A DNA stretch of 31,681 bases from a virus (Duplodnaviria; Caudoviricetes). Below, piece after piece: positions 1-8,564 of this stretch (its first letter is position 1; every line of letters begins with the position of its first letter). Both the position numbers and the translations under genes were made by a program. Where the stretch lies: IMG/VR virus record IMGVR_UViG_3300035670_000888, positions 1 to 31,681 of that record. The stretch is one strand, 5' to 3'. The notes below the pieces were generated by a model, which was not told where the DNA came from, ran no database searches, and worked only from the letters and a program-made list of their open reading frames with translations.

Positions 1-2016
1 AACGTCAGCCGGCTTCGCATTAGCAATCTCGCGCAACGGCTTCGCAAGGTCAGCTCGCCCCATCGCATCGAACTGATCGGCAGCTGCGCGAGCGTTCGCC
101 TGCAGAGCCTTGAAACCTTCATCTTGCGCGAGTCGCTTATTCAACGCATCAACAGCGGATTCGTAGTCCTTCGCAGCCTTCGACCCCTGGCCACCGGCCT
201 GCGCTGCCAACCTCAGACCACTTATGCGTTGCATCTCTGCAGCCGACGCATCGCGCATCCGGGTCGTGACGTTCTGATATTCCGTGCGCAAGGTATTCAG
301 CGACTGCTTCACGCTGCCTGCGGCCTGCGACTGATTGCCCATTGACGTTGCCAGGCTCGCCTGTGCTGCGGTAAGCCGTTGCACGGCAGCTGTGTACTGC
401 GGTCCGCTGGTAATCCCTGCCTTCCGCAGATCATTGACCTGCCGCTCAGCGGCGGCAACCTCGTCTGCTGCCTGCTTCGTCGCAAGCTGCGCCTGTGTGT
501 AGTTGCCAACGGCGCCGAGCAGCGTGCCAACGGCGCCGGCAGCGTTGCGTGCCGCCGTGTCGAGTCCCTGCAATGCCTGTGCGTAGATCTGCGCGGGGGG
601 CGTGGCACCGAACAGCCCCGACGACAAAGCGGCGATTCCACCAACAAGCAGGCCAACGCCTGCGGCTGCCAATGCCCACGGATTGCCGCCACCCATCAGC
701 GCGGTTCGCACAGCGGTCATCGCCAGGCCGAACCGGCTCAATCCTGCTTGTGCTGCAGTCAAGCCGGGCGCCAGGCCAACGGATGCCGCGCTGATGCCGG
801 TAAACCCTGCCTGCAGCGCCTTCATGCCGGCAGAAAGCGCCTGCACGCCTCCTACGGCAGCCTGCACGACAGCCAGCTGCCGCAACGAACCAACAAATGC
901 CGTGACCTTGCTGACTGCCATTGCGGTTAGAAACGCGGTGATCGCCCCGGTCGCTACCGCTGCAAGTGGTCCGAAGCTGGCAATCGCGCTCGCAATACCG
1001 GCAAACGCTCCGGCGAACAATCCAAGCGGGCCGATCGTTCCGGTAATCACGTTGCCGATCGTCGTGAACGTGGCCTGCGCGATTGTTCCGAGGTCGGACA
1101 GCAGATTCTTGAAACCCTCCGAACGCAGCACCTGCGATGCGAACACGCCAAACGACTGTGCTGCCTGGCTGAACGCCGGCACCGCCGACTTGACCACATC
1201 GTTTAGGACCGGCATGAGCGCGCTGAACGCAGGCAGTAGCCCGACGCCGATCTGCGCTTTCGCGTTAGCCACCTGCGCCGCAAGAATCCTCTGCTGGTTC
1301 GCTGCGCCGCTCGAGGTACGCTGGAAGTCGCCCTGCGCATCGCTCGTTTGCTTCAGTATCTGCGCCTGCGCAGCGAGCACCTTCTGCTGCGGCGTCAGAG
1401 CACTTTTCGTCGTCTTGGTAATGCCCATTGCGAACGCTTGCTGTCGAAGCGTCGCATCGTCCAGCAAAACACCGTAACGGCGAATCGGCTCGCTCTCACC
1501 CCGAAGCGCAGCACCAATCGCCTGAATCGCATCCTCGGGACTCGTGTTGTAGAACGACGCAAGGTCGGCTGACAGAGTGACAAGCCGCGTGCTGAATCCC
1601 GTAAGCTCGCGACCCGACAGACCTGCGCTCTTGCCAAACACCGCGAACGTGGACGCGGCATCGAGCGCAGCAGTTTCTGACAAGCCGATGCTGGTTGCGG
1701 CTCGCTTGGAAAACTGCTCGATCGCGCCGGCGCTGCGACCAAAGATCACGCGCGTCTTATTGACCGATTCGTTGAGGTCGGACGCGGCCATAGTGACCGA
1801 CTTGATTCCCTGCACGGCCTTCGTCGCAACAAAAGCACCTGCAGCTGCGCGCATTGCGAAACCGAGCCTGCCGAAAGCCTGGCCGGTGCGTCCTACGTTG
1901 CGGTCAGCCTGCCCCGCGAACGTGACGATCTGACTGTTGGCCTTCTTGAGTGCGCGTTCAAGGTTCCCGATGCGGGCGCCGAGCTCGACGTATGCGGCTC
2001 CGACCTGTTCTGCCAT
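1..2016 (-). CDS. Tail tape measure protein (5' part; runs off left edge)
   Basis: ATG at 2016 directly follows the stop at 2017-2019. Reads MAEQVGAAYVELGARIGNLERAL... with TMP-like segments 'SADLASFYNTSPEDAIQAIGAALRGESEPIRRYGVLL' and 'QGDFQRTSSGAANQQRIL'. Ala-rich, sits after the tail chaperones. Absent from the ORF track, consistent with no stop in the window. Confidence 0.92.
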   Translation of the reverse strand, partial: MAEQVGAAYVELGARIGNLERALKKANSQIVTFAGQADRNVGRTGQAFGRLGFAMRAAAGAFVATKAVQGIKSVTMAASDLNESVNKTRVIFGRSAGAIEQFSKRAATSIGLSETAALDAASTFAVFGKSAGLSGRELTGFSTRLVTLSADLASFYNTSPEDAIQAIGAALRGESEPIRRYGVLLDDATLRQQAFAMGITKTTKSALTPQQKVLAAQAQILKQTSDAQGDFQRTSSGAANQQRILAAQVANAKAQIGVGLLPAFSALMPVLNDVVKSAVPAFSQAAQSFGVFASQVLRSEGFKNLLSDLGTIAQATFTTIGNVITGTIGPLGLFAGAFAGIASAIASFGPLAAVATGAITAFLTAMAVSKVTAFVGSLRQLAVVQAAVGGVQALSAGMKALQAGFTGISAASVGLAPGLTAAQAGLSRFGLAMTAVRTALMGGGNPWALAAAGVGLLVGGIAALSSGLFGATPPAQIYAQALQGLDTAARNAAGAVGTLLGAVGNYTQAQLATKQAADEVAAAERQVNDLRKAGITSGPQYTAAVQRLTAAQASLATSMGNQSQAAGSVKQSLNTLRTEYQNVTTRMRDASAAEMQRISGLRLAAQAGGQGSKAAKDYESAVDALNKRLAQDEGFKALQANARAAADQFDAMGRADLAKPLREIANAKPADV

Positions 2017-2200
2017 CTACCTACGCCTTGCCCTTTCCGCGTCCCGCTCTGCTCTTTCCCGCTCGCGCTGCTCGTAACGATAGAAAGCGATCCAATGTGT
2101 CATTTCGCGCCGGCTCATGCGCACATCGAGTTCGCCTACTGTCATGCCGAGGTCACGCGCCAGGCGGAACCTCCACGTCGTTTCCGGTCGCTTGAGGAAA
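2017..2200 (-). CDS. Tail assembly chaperone C-terminal (gpT-like) segment, probably reached by frameshift
   Basis: 'WRFRLARDLGMTVGELDVRMSRREMTHWIAFY' resembles gpT-like segments. It overlaps the 3' end of the chaperone in the +1 frame and lacks an obvious RBS/start of its own. 5' boundary approximate. Confidence 0.75.
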
Positions 2201-2578
2201 CATGGCCTCAGCATCCTCTAGTGCGCTCGCACCGATGCCCGAAAGCGCCATGACGCGCTCAAGGACTCGATTGACCGCACGCATGGACTGCTGACGAATC
2301 CACTCGTAAGCGTCGTCGCCAAGGTCGGGTTCCACGATGCCGGAAAGGACAAGGTACGCCTGTAGTTTCGCTTCGTCGAGCGTGCCGCGTGTATCCGTCG
2401 CCTTCTCCTGCACCGACTGATACGTACCCATCGAAAGCTCGCGCACCTTCACGCGCGCTCCCCATTCCGGCACGTCTACGTATTCCTCGCGCAACGTCTG
2501 CTTCTGCAGCAGATCGTCTGCCGAAAGAATAGGAAGGGCGTCCCCCGAACGCCCATCCTCTGCCCCCTGCCTGGCCAT
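2153..2578 (-). CDS. Tail assembly chaperone (gpG-like)
   Basis: 141 aa between tail tube and TMP; 'EEYVDVPEWGARVKVRELS' motif. Confidence 0.85.
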   Translation of the reverse strand: MARQGAEDGRSGDALPILSADDLLQKQTLREEYVDVPEWGARVKVRELSMGTYQSVQEKATDTRGTLDEAKLQAYLVLSGIVEPDLGDDAYEWIRQQSMRAVNRVLERVMALSGIGASALEDAEAMFPQATGNDVEVPPGA

Positions 2579-2988
2579 TAGACCGTGCCTCGCGTAACCG
2601 CACCGCTGTTCTGGAACTCAGCGGTCCAGCTGATCGCGTCACCGATCTCGCTGGTGACTTCGTAGCTCGTCAGAATCGCCGAACCCGAGTAGTACGGGCG
2701 ACCGGCAGCCGAGCCGGCGGGAAACACCTTCCACACACGCGGGGTGCCACCGAGCAGTCCCGACAGGTAGCCGTCCACCGTGGCGTCCCACTTGCCTTCC
2801 AGCGAAACGGTACGGTCACGCAGCCCGGTCACGTACACCTTGTCGTCGTCGCCCAGCGTCGAAACCTCTGCAGTCTCGACCTCGACCGGGATACCCACGC
2901 TGGTTGCGTATCCGGTCAGGTTGCGCTCGGCATCGCCGGAGTCGTTGATGTAGACCTCAGCGTCCTTGCCGTGAAAGAACGTCGGCAT
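2578..2988 (-). CDS. Major tail (tube) protein
   Basis: 136 aa; 'VETAEVSTLGDDDKVYVTGLRD', 'YYSGSAILTSYEV', terminal 'SGAVTRGTV'; directly before the chaperone. Confidence 0.85.
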   Translation of the reverse strand: MPTFFHGKDAEVYINDSGDAERNLTGYATSVGIPVEVETAEVSTLGDDDKVYVTGLRDRTVSLEGKWDATVDGYLSGLLGGTPRVWKVFPAGSAAGRPYYSGSAILTSYEVTSEIGDAISWTAEFQNSGAVTRGTV

Positions 2989-3001
2989 TGTTCGTTATCT
3001 C

Positions 3002-3703
3002 CTAACTGCGGCCAAAGCCGGCAACGAAGGTCGCCGTGCCGCTCGTGATTGTGTACACGACGCGGGTGTACCGATTGACGGTTCCGGTCGCAGTGGTTCG
3101 GAAGGACCGGGCCGAAGCCGTGATGGTCCCGAGAGTGAGGTAGTCGGCGTAGGTGTTGTTGTCCGACGAGTGCTGCACGGTGACAACAACCGTACCGCTG
3201 GCAGCCGTTGCGTGCAGGTAGCCGTAACCACCATTCGCTGACGATGCGCCGGCATCAACGACGGTAGCCGTGCCGGATGCGGTGCGCTGCGCCAGGGCGT
3301 GATGGCTGATGATCGGCTCGGTGCCAACGGAGCTCTGACCCTCGATGTTGATCATCACAACGTCGCCAATCTCGGCGGTACGCTCCGCGCTCGTGACGTC
3401 GAGCGAATAACCGCGACCCGAACTGCCAACGCCGTCACCACCGGGGTACACGGACCAGATGCTCTTGGTGCCTGATCCGGTGATGCTGTTCAGGTTTCCG
3501 TCGAACGTGGCGTCGAACAAGCCCTCCGCGCTGATCGTCGCATCGGCCATGCCGGTCACGTAGGTCTTGTCGTCATCCGAGAACGTGGTGCTCTCGGCGG
3601 TCTCGACCTCTGCGCTATTCGACAACGACCGCAGGTATCCGGTCAGGTCGTTACCGTCCTGATAGACAACCGCGCTCTTGCCGTGGATGAACGTCGGGCT
3701 CAC
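3002..3703 (-). CDS. Tail tube paralogue with extra C-terminal beta-rich domain
   Basis: N-terminal ~135 aa align by eye with 2578..2988 (PTF.HGK.A.VY; LTGY; EVETAE; DDDK.YVTG; DAT.DG). The C-terminal ~95 aa are Thr/Ala/Gly-rich. Confidence 0.75.
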   Translation of the reverse strand: MSPTFIHGKSAVVYQDGNDLTGYLRSLSNSAEVETAESTTFSDDDKTYVTGMADATISAEGLFDATFDGNLNSITGSGTKSIWSVYPGGDGVGSSGRGYSLDVTSAERTAEIGDVVMINIEGQSSVGTEPIISHHALAQRTASGTATVVDAGASSANGGYGYLHATAASGTVVVTVQHSSDNNTYADYLTLGTITASARSFRTTATGTVNRYTRVVYTITSGTATFVAGFGRS

Positions 3704-3885
3704 TTGCCACCCCCGCCTTTGTGCTTATCGGATGCCGGCTGCTCGCCGACAAACTCAATCAGCTTCTGCTTGATCAGCCACTTGACGCTTCCATCGGGTA
3801 GGTCGCTGACGACGTCACCCGGCTCGGCACGCTTGCCAGGCGGGTAATCCAGCCCGACGAGCGCACGGTACTTGGTTGCGCTCAT
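3700..3885 (-). CDS. Small neck/tail-region protein
   Basis: 61 aa 'KYRALVGLDYPPGKRAEPGDVVSDLP'; 4-nt overlaps with both neighbours. Confidence 0.7.
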   Translation of the reverse strand: MSATKYRALVGLDYPPGKRAEPGDVVSDLPDGSVKWLIKQKLIEFVGEQPASDKHKGGGGK

Positions 3886-4289
3886 GCGCGTACCTCCAGC
3901 TCGTAACGGCTTCCCGCCTGGCGATAGAGAACGCCGTTATCGTCCTCGGTCAAGTCGGGCAACTGCCCAACGCGCCGGCAGGCCATGACAGTACCGCCCC
4001 CAACGACAAGGTCGTATTCGTCCAGCAGCGCATCGCAGCGATCGGCCAGCTGCTTCGCGCGCTTGTGCGAGTTGCCCGTATCCCAACCCTTGATCAACCA
4101 CCGCTCCCGAATCGTTGCGCGTGCGCCGAATACACGCGTATCGTCACCGTCCGCAAGCTGGATTGTGACGTAGGGTGCCACGGCGCTTTGCGGAGCGATG
4201 CCATAGTAGACGCCTGTGCTGCCCAGGCTCGCCAACGTCGCGTCATTCGACAGCCGGGTATACAACGCGCTTCCGCTGGCCGCGCTCAC
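3882..4289 (-). CDS. Tail terminator / DUF3168-like tail completion protein
   Basis: GTG at 4289 overlaps the upstream TGA. 'ALYTRLSNDATL...GVYYGIAPQSAVAPYVTI' matches the family pattern; synteny fits. Confidence 0.75.
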   Translation of the reverse strand: MSAASGSALYTRLSNDATLASLGSTGVYYGIAPQSAVAPYVTIQLADGDDTRVFGARATIRERWLIKGWDTGNSHKRAKQLADRCDALLDEYDLVVGGGTVMACRRVGQLPDLTEDDNGVLYRQAGSRYELEVRA

Positions 4290-4600
4290 AGAATCGCCTT
4301 TCCGATTGCCTTTATCGCGCTCGGCCACGTCGTGCGTAGCGCCGGCTCAAGGTACGGAACCGCATCCATGCGCCGCGTGCCAAGCTCGACGTAGATCGCG
4401 TACTCCGCGTTCGCCGTCACGCGCCATGTCATATCGCGCACCTTGTCAGCAGCGATGCTGTTCATCAGATTGCCGGTATCCACCGGGGCGTAGACCTTCG
4501 CCAGCGACTCCGTATCGAATGCCGTCTTTGCCAGGATGCGATCAACGGCAGGCTTCGCGCCAGCGATGATCTGCGGAATCCTGTTATAGACAATCGGCAT
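4286..4600 (-). CDS. HK97 gp10-like neck protein
   Basis: 'APVDTGNLMNSI...NAEYAIYVELGTRRMDAVPYLEPAL' signature. Confidence 0.88.
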   Translation of the reverse strand: MPIVYNRIPQIIAGAKPAVDRILAKTAFDTESLAKVYAPVDTGNLMNSIAADKVRDMTWRVTANAEYAIYVELGTRRMDAVPYLEPALRTTWPSAIKAIGKAIL

Positions 4601-4602
4601 CG

Positions 4603-4755
4603 TTAGCGGCGCTTCCGCTTCTTGGGCAGAGCCGAATACGACTTCGTCTTATTCACGTATTCCTTCGCCTTCGACCGCGACAGTCCCTTCGCTTTGATAC
4701 CGCCGCTCGCGACGCCCTGCATGAATCGGTATTGAGCTTTACTGCGTGCCGGCAT
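4603..4755 (-). CDS. Small highly basic protein (50 aa), not in ORF track
   Basis: MPARSKAQYRFMQGVASGGIKAKGLSRSKAKEYVNKTKSYSALPKKRKRR. TAATG overlap upstream, ends 2 nt before the gp10 ATG, fills the gap exactly. Confidence 0.75.
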   Translation of the reverse strand: MPARSKAQYRFMQGVASGGIKAKGLSRSKAKEYVNKTKSYSALPKKRKRR

Positions 4756-5114
4756 TAGTCCACCTCGTTACAATCAAGACGGATGCACGTCGCGTAACTG
4801 CGTGGGGTGCTGGTGCGCGTAATCTCATACGTCTGCCCGTCATAGATGATGCGATCGCGTTCGGTAACGCTTGTCCCGACAGGGACGGTAATGACCCACC
4901 CGGTAGCTGCCACAAACTCACCGCCTGCGATCATTTCGATGCCGGCGCCGGCAGGACTCACGCGGGCAGCGACCGTCCCCACATTTGCCCACGTATCCGT
5001 GACGCCGCCCATTCCGTCCGAGCCTTGCGTGCTCCGGCTGATAATGACGGTGCCTGGCAGCGTGGTCGCTACAGCGTTCCGCATGCATGTCAGGTCAGAT
5101 GACGACAGCATCAC
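4755..5114 (-). CDS. Head closure / head-tail adaptor (SPP1 gp16-like)
   Basis: 'SDGMGGVTDTW...DRIIYDGQTYEI' pattern; neck synteny. Confidence 0.8.
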   Translation of the reverse strand: MMLSSSDLTCMRNAVATTLPGTVIISRSTQGSDGMGGVTDTWANVGTVAARVSPAGAGIEMIAGGEFVAATGWVITVPVGTSVTERDRIIYDGQTYEITRTSTPRSYATCIRLDCNEVD

Positions 5115-5683
5115 GAATCAGTCCGTAGGTTGCGCTTCTGCACGCGGGCCCGCTTGCGCAACAGCGACGCCTGCTCGCGTAGCCCTTGCACCTTCTGCGT
5201 GACGTTGAACGTTTGCCCGTCAGTCGTGAAGTCGAAACAGCGCGACTCGCGGGTTGCCCACTGCTCTAGCAGTTCGGCTGCTGCTCCATAGATATCGTAG
5301 CTGCGAGCAGTCAGGTAAAGAGCCGTGCCGCCCGTATCGGAGTCGAAGTCAAAGATGCCGAGCTGGTAATCGGCGGTGTAGGTTGCGGTGCCCCGATCGT
5401 CTCCTACAGAGTCCTCGATGATGAACACGGCAGTACCGCTCGCAGCAGTCTCTAAGAAGCCGTAGGCCGAGCGAAGCCGGGTATAGATGACGCTACCCCC
5501 GCCGATGTAGTTCGGCTCGCGCAAGAGCTTGTGCCGAACCAAGTCCTGGCGGTGGCGGTCGAGCACCTGCTCGATCTGATTGTCGTCCCAGAAGTTGGCC
5601 GTGCCGATGGAATATTCGGCGGTGCCGGCGTAGGTCAGCGCACGCACGCGACTGATGTTGTCTGTCATTCCGCTACGGCTCAT
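5111..5683 (-). CDS. Head-tail connector/adaptor protein
   Basis: Start MSRSGMTD by ATGA overlap with the epimerase stop. C-terminal 'YDIYGAAAELLEQWA...FDFTTDGQTF' is adaptor-like. Confidence 0.7.
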   Translation of the reverse strand: MSRSGMTDNISRVRALTYAGTAEYSIGTANFWDDNQIEQVLDRHRQDLVRHKLLREPNYIGGGSVIYTRLRSAYGFLETAASGTAVFIIEDSVGDDRGTATYTADYQLGIFDFDSDTGGTALYLTARSYDIYGAAAELLEQWATRESRCFDFTTDGQTFNVTQKVQGLREQASLLRKRARVQKRNLRTDS

Positions 5684-6651
5684 TGAATCAACGCCTCCTC
5701 GGGTGCCAGCTGCTCGGCAGCAGTCCGCGCAACGATATCCCGCAACGTCTGCTCCGGCTCCCATCCGAGCTTGCGCGCCAGGCTCGCATCGGGCAGCTTT
5801 GTTCCTGCAGATGCTTCCTCATATCGTGGGCCGAATACGCGCTTGCCCGACGTATGCGCGATCGGGCTATTTGAGCCGGTCACTTCCTTCACAATATGAG
5901 CCAGATCGTTGATGGTCGTGCGGTTGGCTTCGTTTCCAACGTTGTACGCCTGCCCTTGCCATGCGTCGTAATCGGCAGGCAGATGATCGGTAATGAACCG
6001 GCACACATCCCAGACGCCGGTAAAGGCGCGCTCCTGCTGGCCACCTTCAAAGACCGTGATGGGGTCATCCGCTAGTGCCTGGCAGACCATACGTGGCACC
6101 ACGAAACCCTTTGTCTGCGCTTCGCGCGGCCCGGCCATATTCCACGGCCTTATCTGCACGGCGCGCAATCCTCGAGCTACAGATGCCCCAACTACCTGCT
6201 CGGCAGCGATCTTGCCGGCCTGATATTCCAGCCTCGCGCTGTAACGAGCCGGCACCGTACATGGATCGGTCTCGGACGCCATGCCCGTAATCCCGTAGAC
6301 CTCAGACGTGCTGATATTGACGAGCGGCGTGCCGGCCACGATGCACGCATCCACCACGCGCTGAGTACTGTGCACGACCTCGCCCGCGATCGTTCCTTGC
6401 GCCGGCAGGATGCCCGCTGCACCAACAGGGCTCGCCGCATGAATCACGACGTCAGCAGACGCTACGTGCTTCGGAACGATCTGCCTGGCATCAGCGATCA
6501 GAACATGGTGCAACGTCGGGTGAGTTACGCTGACGACGTTCGCAGTCATGTTGTCGAGCGCAATCACGGACCAGCCGAGCTCGCTGTATCTGTCGGCCAG
6601 ATGCGAACCGAGGAAACCGAGGCCACCCGTGATCAGCACGCGCGGCTTCAT
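5680..6651 (-). CDS. NAD-dependent NDP-sugar epimerase/dehydratase (UDP-glucuronate decarboxylase-like extended SDR)
   Basis: Rossmann motif 'VLITGGLGFLGSHL', 'HAAS', 'STSEVYG', catalytic YxxxK (YQAGK); ATGA-coupled start. Confidence 0.9.
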   Translation of the reverse strand: MKPRVLITGGLGFLGSHLADRYSELGWSVIALDNMTANVVSVTHPTLHHVLIADARQIVPKHVASADVVIHAASPVGAAGILPAQGTIAGEVVHSTQRVVDACIVAGTPLVNISTSEVYGITGMASETDPCTVPARYSARLEYQAGKIAAEQVVGASVARGLRAVQIRPWNMAGPREAQTKGFVVPRMVCQALADDPITVFEGGQQERAFTGVWDVCRFITDHLPADYDAWQGQAYNVGNEANRTTINDLAHIVKEVTGSNSPIAHTSGKRVFGPRYEEASAGTKLPDASLARKLGWEPEQTLRDIVARTAAEQLAPEEALIQ

Positions 6652-7265
6652 GCCGTTACCTGCGCCCATTCCACTGAAGTCATGGCCTGCTCAAACATGA
6701 GCCGGTCCGTCATGCTTCGGCGCACCATATCGTCGCGCCCAACCGTTCCTTCCAAGTGCGTCATGCGGTAGCCCTCACGGTAGGCAACTGTCATACCGAG
6801 TGCGCGTGCCCTGGCAGCCAGATAGTCGTCGGCGAAGTAGTGAATCGGTAAGCTCGGCCCCATCTCACGCCACACATATCGGCGAAAGAACGGGAACTGC
6901 GAGCTGACGACCGGCGCCCAGTCTGCGCAGCCGGTAAGAATCCAGCCGCCCCCCATGCTTCCGGTCGCCAGCGTCGAGCCGTCGAGCAGGTCAATACGCG
7001 GCGCGGGGTAATAACCCGCATCAGCAGCTTCGCACGCTGCCTGCACCCATTCGGGCGCCATGAGAACGTCATCGGCAGCGAGCATGACGTATTCTCCTTC
7101 GGCGGCATCCATGCCGTCGTTCCATGCCTGGCCGATCGTGGTGCGCTCCTTGACAAGCACCAGCTGCAGATCATCGGCAGGTACGGTCGCGCGAAAGCTG
7201 GCAACCGTCCGCTCGCACATCTGCTCGCGTCCGCGAATCGTGGGCATGATGACCGATATGGTCAT
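6648..7265 (-). CDS. Glycosyltransferase family 2 (GT-A fold)
   Basis: 'ISVIMPT', 'GQAWNDG...GEYVMLAADDV' (DxD region), 'YFADDYL'; ATGA-coupled start. Confidence 0.88.
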   Translation of the reverse strand: MTISVIMPTIRGREQMCERTVASFRATVPADDLQLVLVKERTTIGQAWNDGMDAAEGEYVMLAADDVLMAPEWVQAACEAADAGYYPAPRIDLLDGSTLATGSMGGGWILTGCADWAPVVSSQFPFFRRYVWREMGPSLPIHYFADDYLAARARALGMTVAYREGYRMTHLEGTVGRDDMVRRSMTDRLMFEQAMTSVEWAQVTA

Positions 7266-8440
7266 GCGATGACCTCGACAGGTGGCGCGTCGGTGCCGGC
7301 ATCTGCAGCCAGATCGTTCGCCATGCGCTCCAATGCCGGGCCCCAATAGTTCTGCGTAATCTCGTCAGCGTCGTACCGCATCGCGAACGCACGCGCCTGG
7401 CTCCGCAGGGAAGCGTCGCCACGATGCGCGTAAGAAGCCTCCAGAGCCTCTAGAACGCCGTCGCAGGTGGGCAGGTATTGGTAAGCCTGCATCGGAGTCA
7501 GAACGCGCTCATGGGCCGTTACGGTCCATCCTGCTCCGACGAGCTCGGGCATCGCTGTCCAGCCACCGACGATGACCGGGGTGCCGCATGCCTGAGCCTC
7601 GATGATCGGCACGCCAAAACCTTCGCCCATCGTCACGGACGACAGCACATCCATCGCGGAATAGATACCTGCCATGACACCGTCACCGTATCCCATGATG
7701 TTGCGGTACTGATCGCAAACCTTGACCCGGTCCTCTGGGATACCGAGGCTGCGCATGATGCCAGGCAGGTCAAGCCCTTCCATCTCCGTTCCGAGATGCG
7801 TGTGGATGTAGAGCATGGCGTCGTTGTGCTTCCGCTGGAACTGTGCAAAGGCTTCCAGCTGCGTCGGCAACGCCTTACGGCTCGGCACGCCCTTATTCGC
7901 AGCGACGATGCCGACGATGAACGCATCCTGTGGGAAACCAAGCTTGCGCCGCGCTTCGTCCTGCGGCATCGGCGCATAGACGTTCGTATCCACTCCGTGC
8001 GGAATGTAGATCGGGTCCATGCCGGCTTCGATAGCCAGGCTTTCTGCGTGCCGGCTGTAGACCATCGGGTGCCATGCATGCTTGACGCTGCGCTGGACGG
8101 GTTCGGGAATCGGGTCATGATCAACCGGGAACCACGGAGCCCAACGTGCCCCGCTCGCCGTAATGCGCTGCGGGTCGAGTACCCACGCATCAACGAGCGT
8201 AATCACGACGTCTGCGCCGGCATCCTTGGCATGCTGCGCAACGACGTCCATGCCGTACGGATGAAACGCCTTTGGGTACACAGTCATGCCCTGCCACGTA
8301 ATGCTCGCGCCTTCCAGCCCATAGAACGCGCTGATCGAGACGTCGTGTCCGAGGTCACGGATGCGCGGGGTAAAGATGCGCGTTTGCACTCCGTAGCCGG
8401 TTGCAGTCCACGGTGCGTTGCTGTGCCAAAGAATGTTCAT
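7262..8440 (-). CDS. Glycosyltransferase family 4 (GT-B fold)
   Basis: 'TGYG', 'IPHGVDTNVY', EX7E motif 'EGFGVPIIEAQACGTPVI'; GGGGG RBS before ATG 8440. Confidence 0.92.
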   Translation of the reverse strand: MNILWHSNAPWTATGYGVQTRIFTPRIRDLGHDVSISAFYGLEGASITWQGMTVYPKAFHPYGMDVVAQHAKDAGADVVITLVDAWVLDPQRITASGARWAPWFPVDHDPIPEPVQRSVKHAWHPMVYSRHAESLAIEAGMDPIYIPHGVDTNVYAPMPQDEARRKLGFPQDAFIVGIVAANKGVPSRKALPTQLEAFAQFQRKHNDAMLYIHTHLGTEMEGLDLPGIMRSLGIPEDRVKVCDQYRNIMGYGDGVMAGIYSAMDVLSSVTMGEGFGVPIIEAQACGTPVIVGGWTAMPELVGAGWTVTAHERVLTPMQAYQYLPTCDGVLEALEASYAHRGDASLRSQARAFAMRYDADEITQNYWGPALERMANDLAADAGTDAPPVEVIA

Positions 8441-8442
8441 CG

Positions 8443-8553
8443 GTTGCCCCCGATCGGCCCCCTGGCAATAGAAGCGGCGAGGGAAAGCTGCCGGGGGCAA
8501 CGAAACAGCCTTGTCAGCGAACGCTGTACGGTGCGTCGCCTATCCCTTGCCGC
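8443..8553 (-). promoter_or_regulatory. Structured leader of the GT4 gene with an RBS-sequestering inverted repeat
   Basis: Perfect 10-bp IR 8443-8452 / 8492-8501 covers the RBS. An interleaved 11-bp IR lies at 8474-8484 / 8543-8553. Confidence 0.45.
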
Positions 8554-8564
8554 CATGCTGCTCG

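Noticed and set aside
602-1477. Long + strand ORFs opposite real genes (also 7478..8713, 10293..11054, 13583..14419, 14945..15889, 17430..18599, 18632..19504)
   Set aside because: Antisense shadows expected in high-GC coding DNA; no RBS or motifs, and they overlap confident minus-strand genes.
2179-2186. C-GGA-AAC as a -1 slippery site
   Set aside because: Imperfect heptamer, and the -1 frame stops after ~15 codons without reaching the gpT-like sequence.
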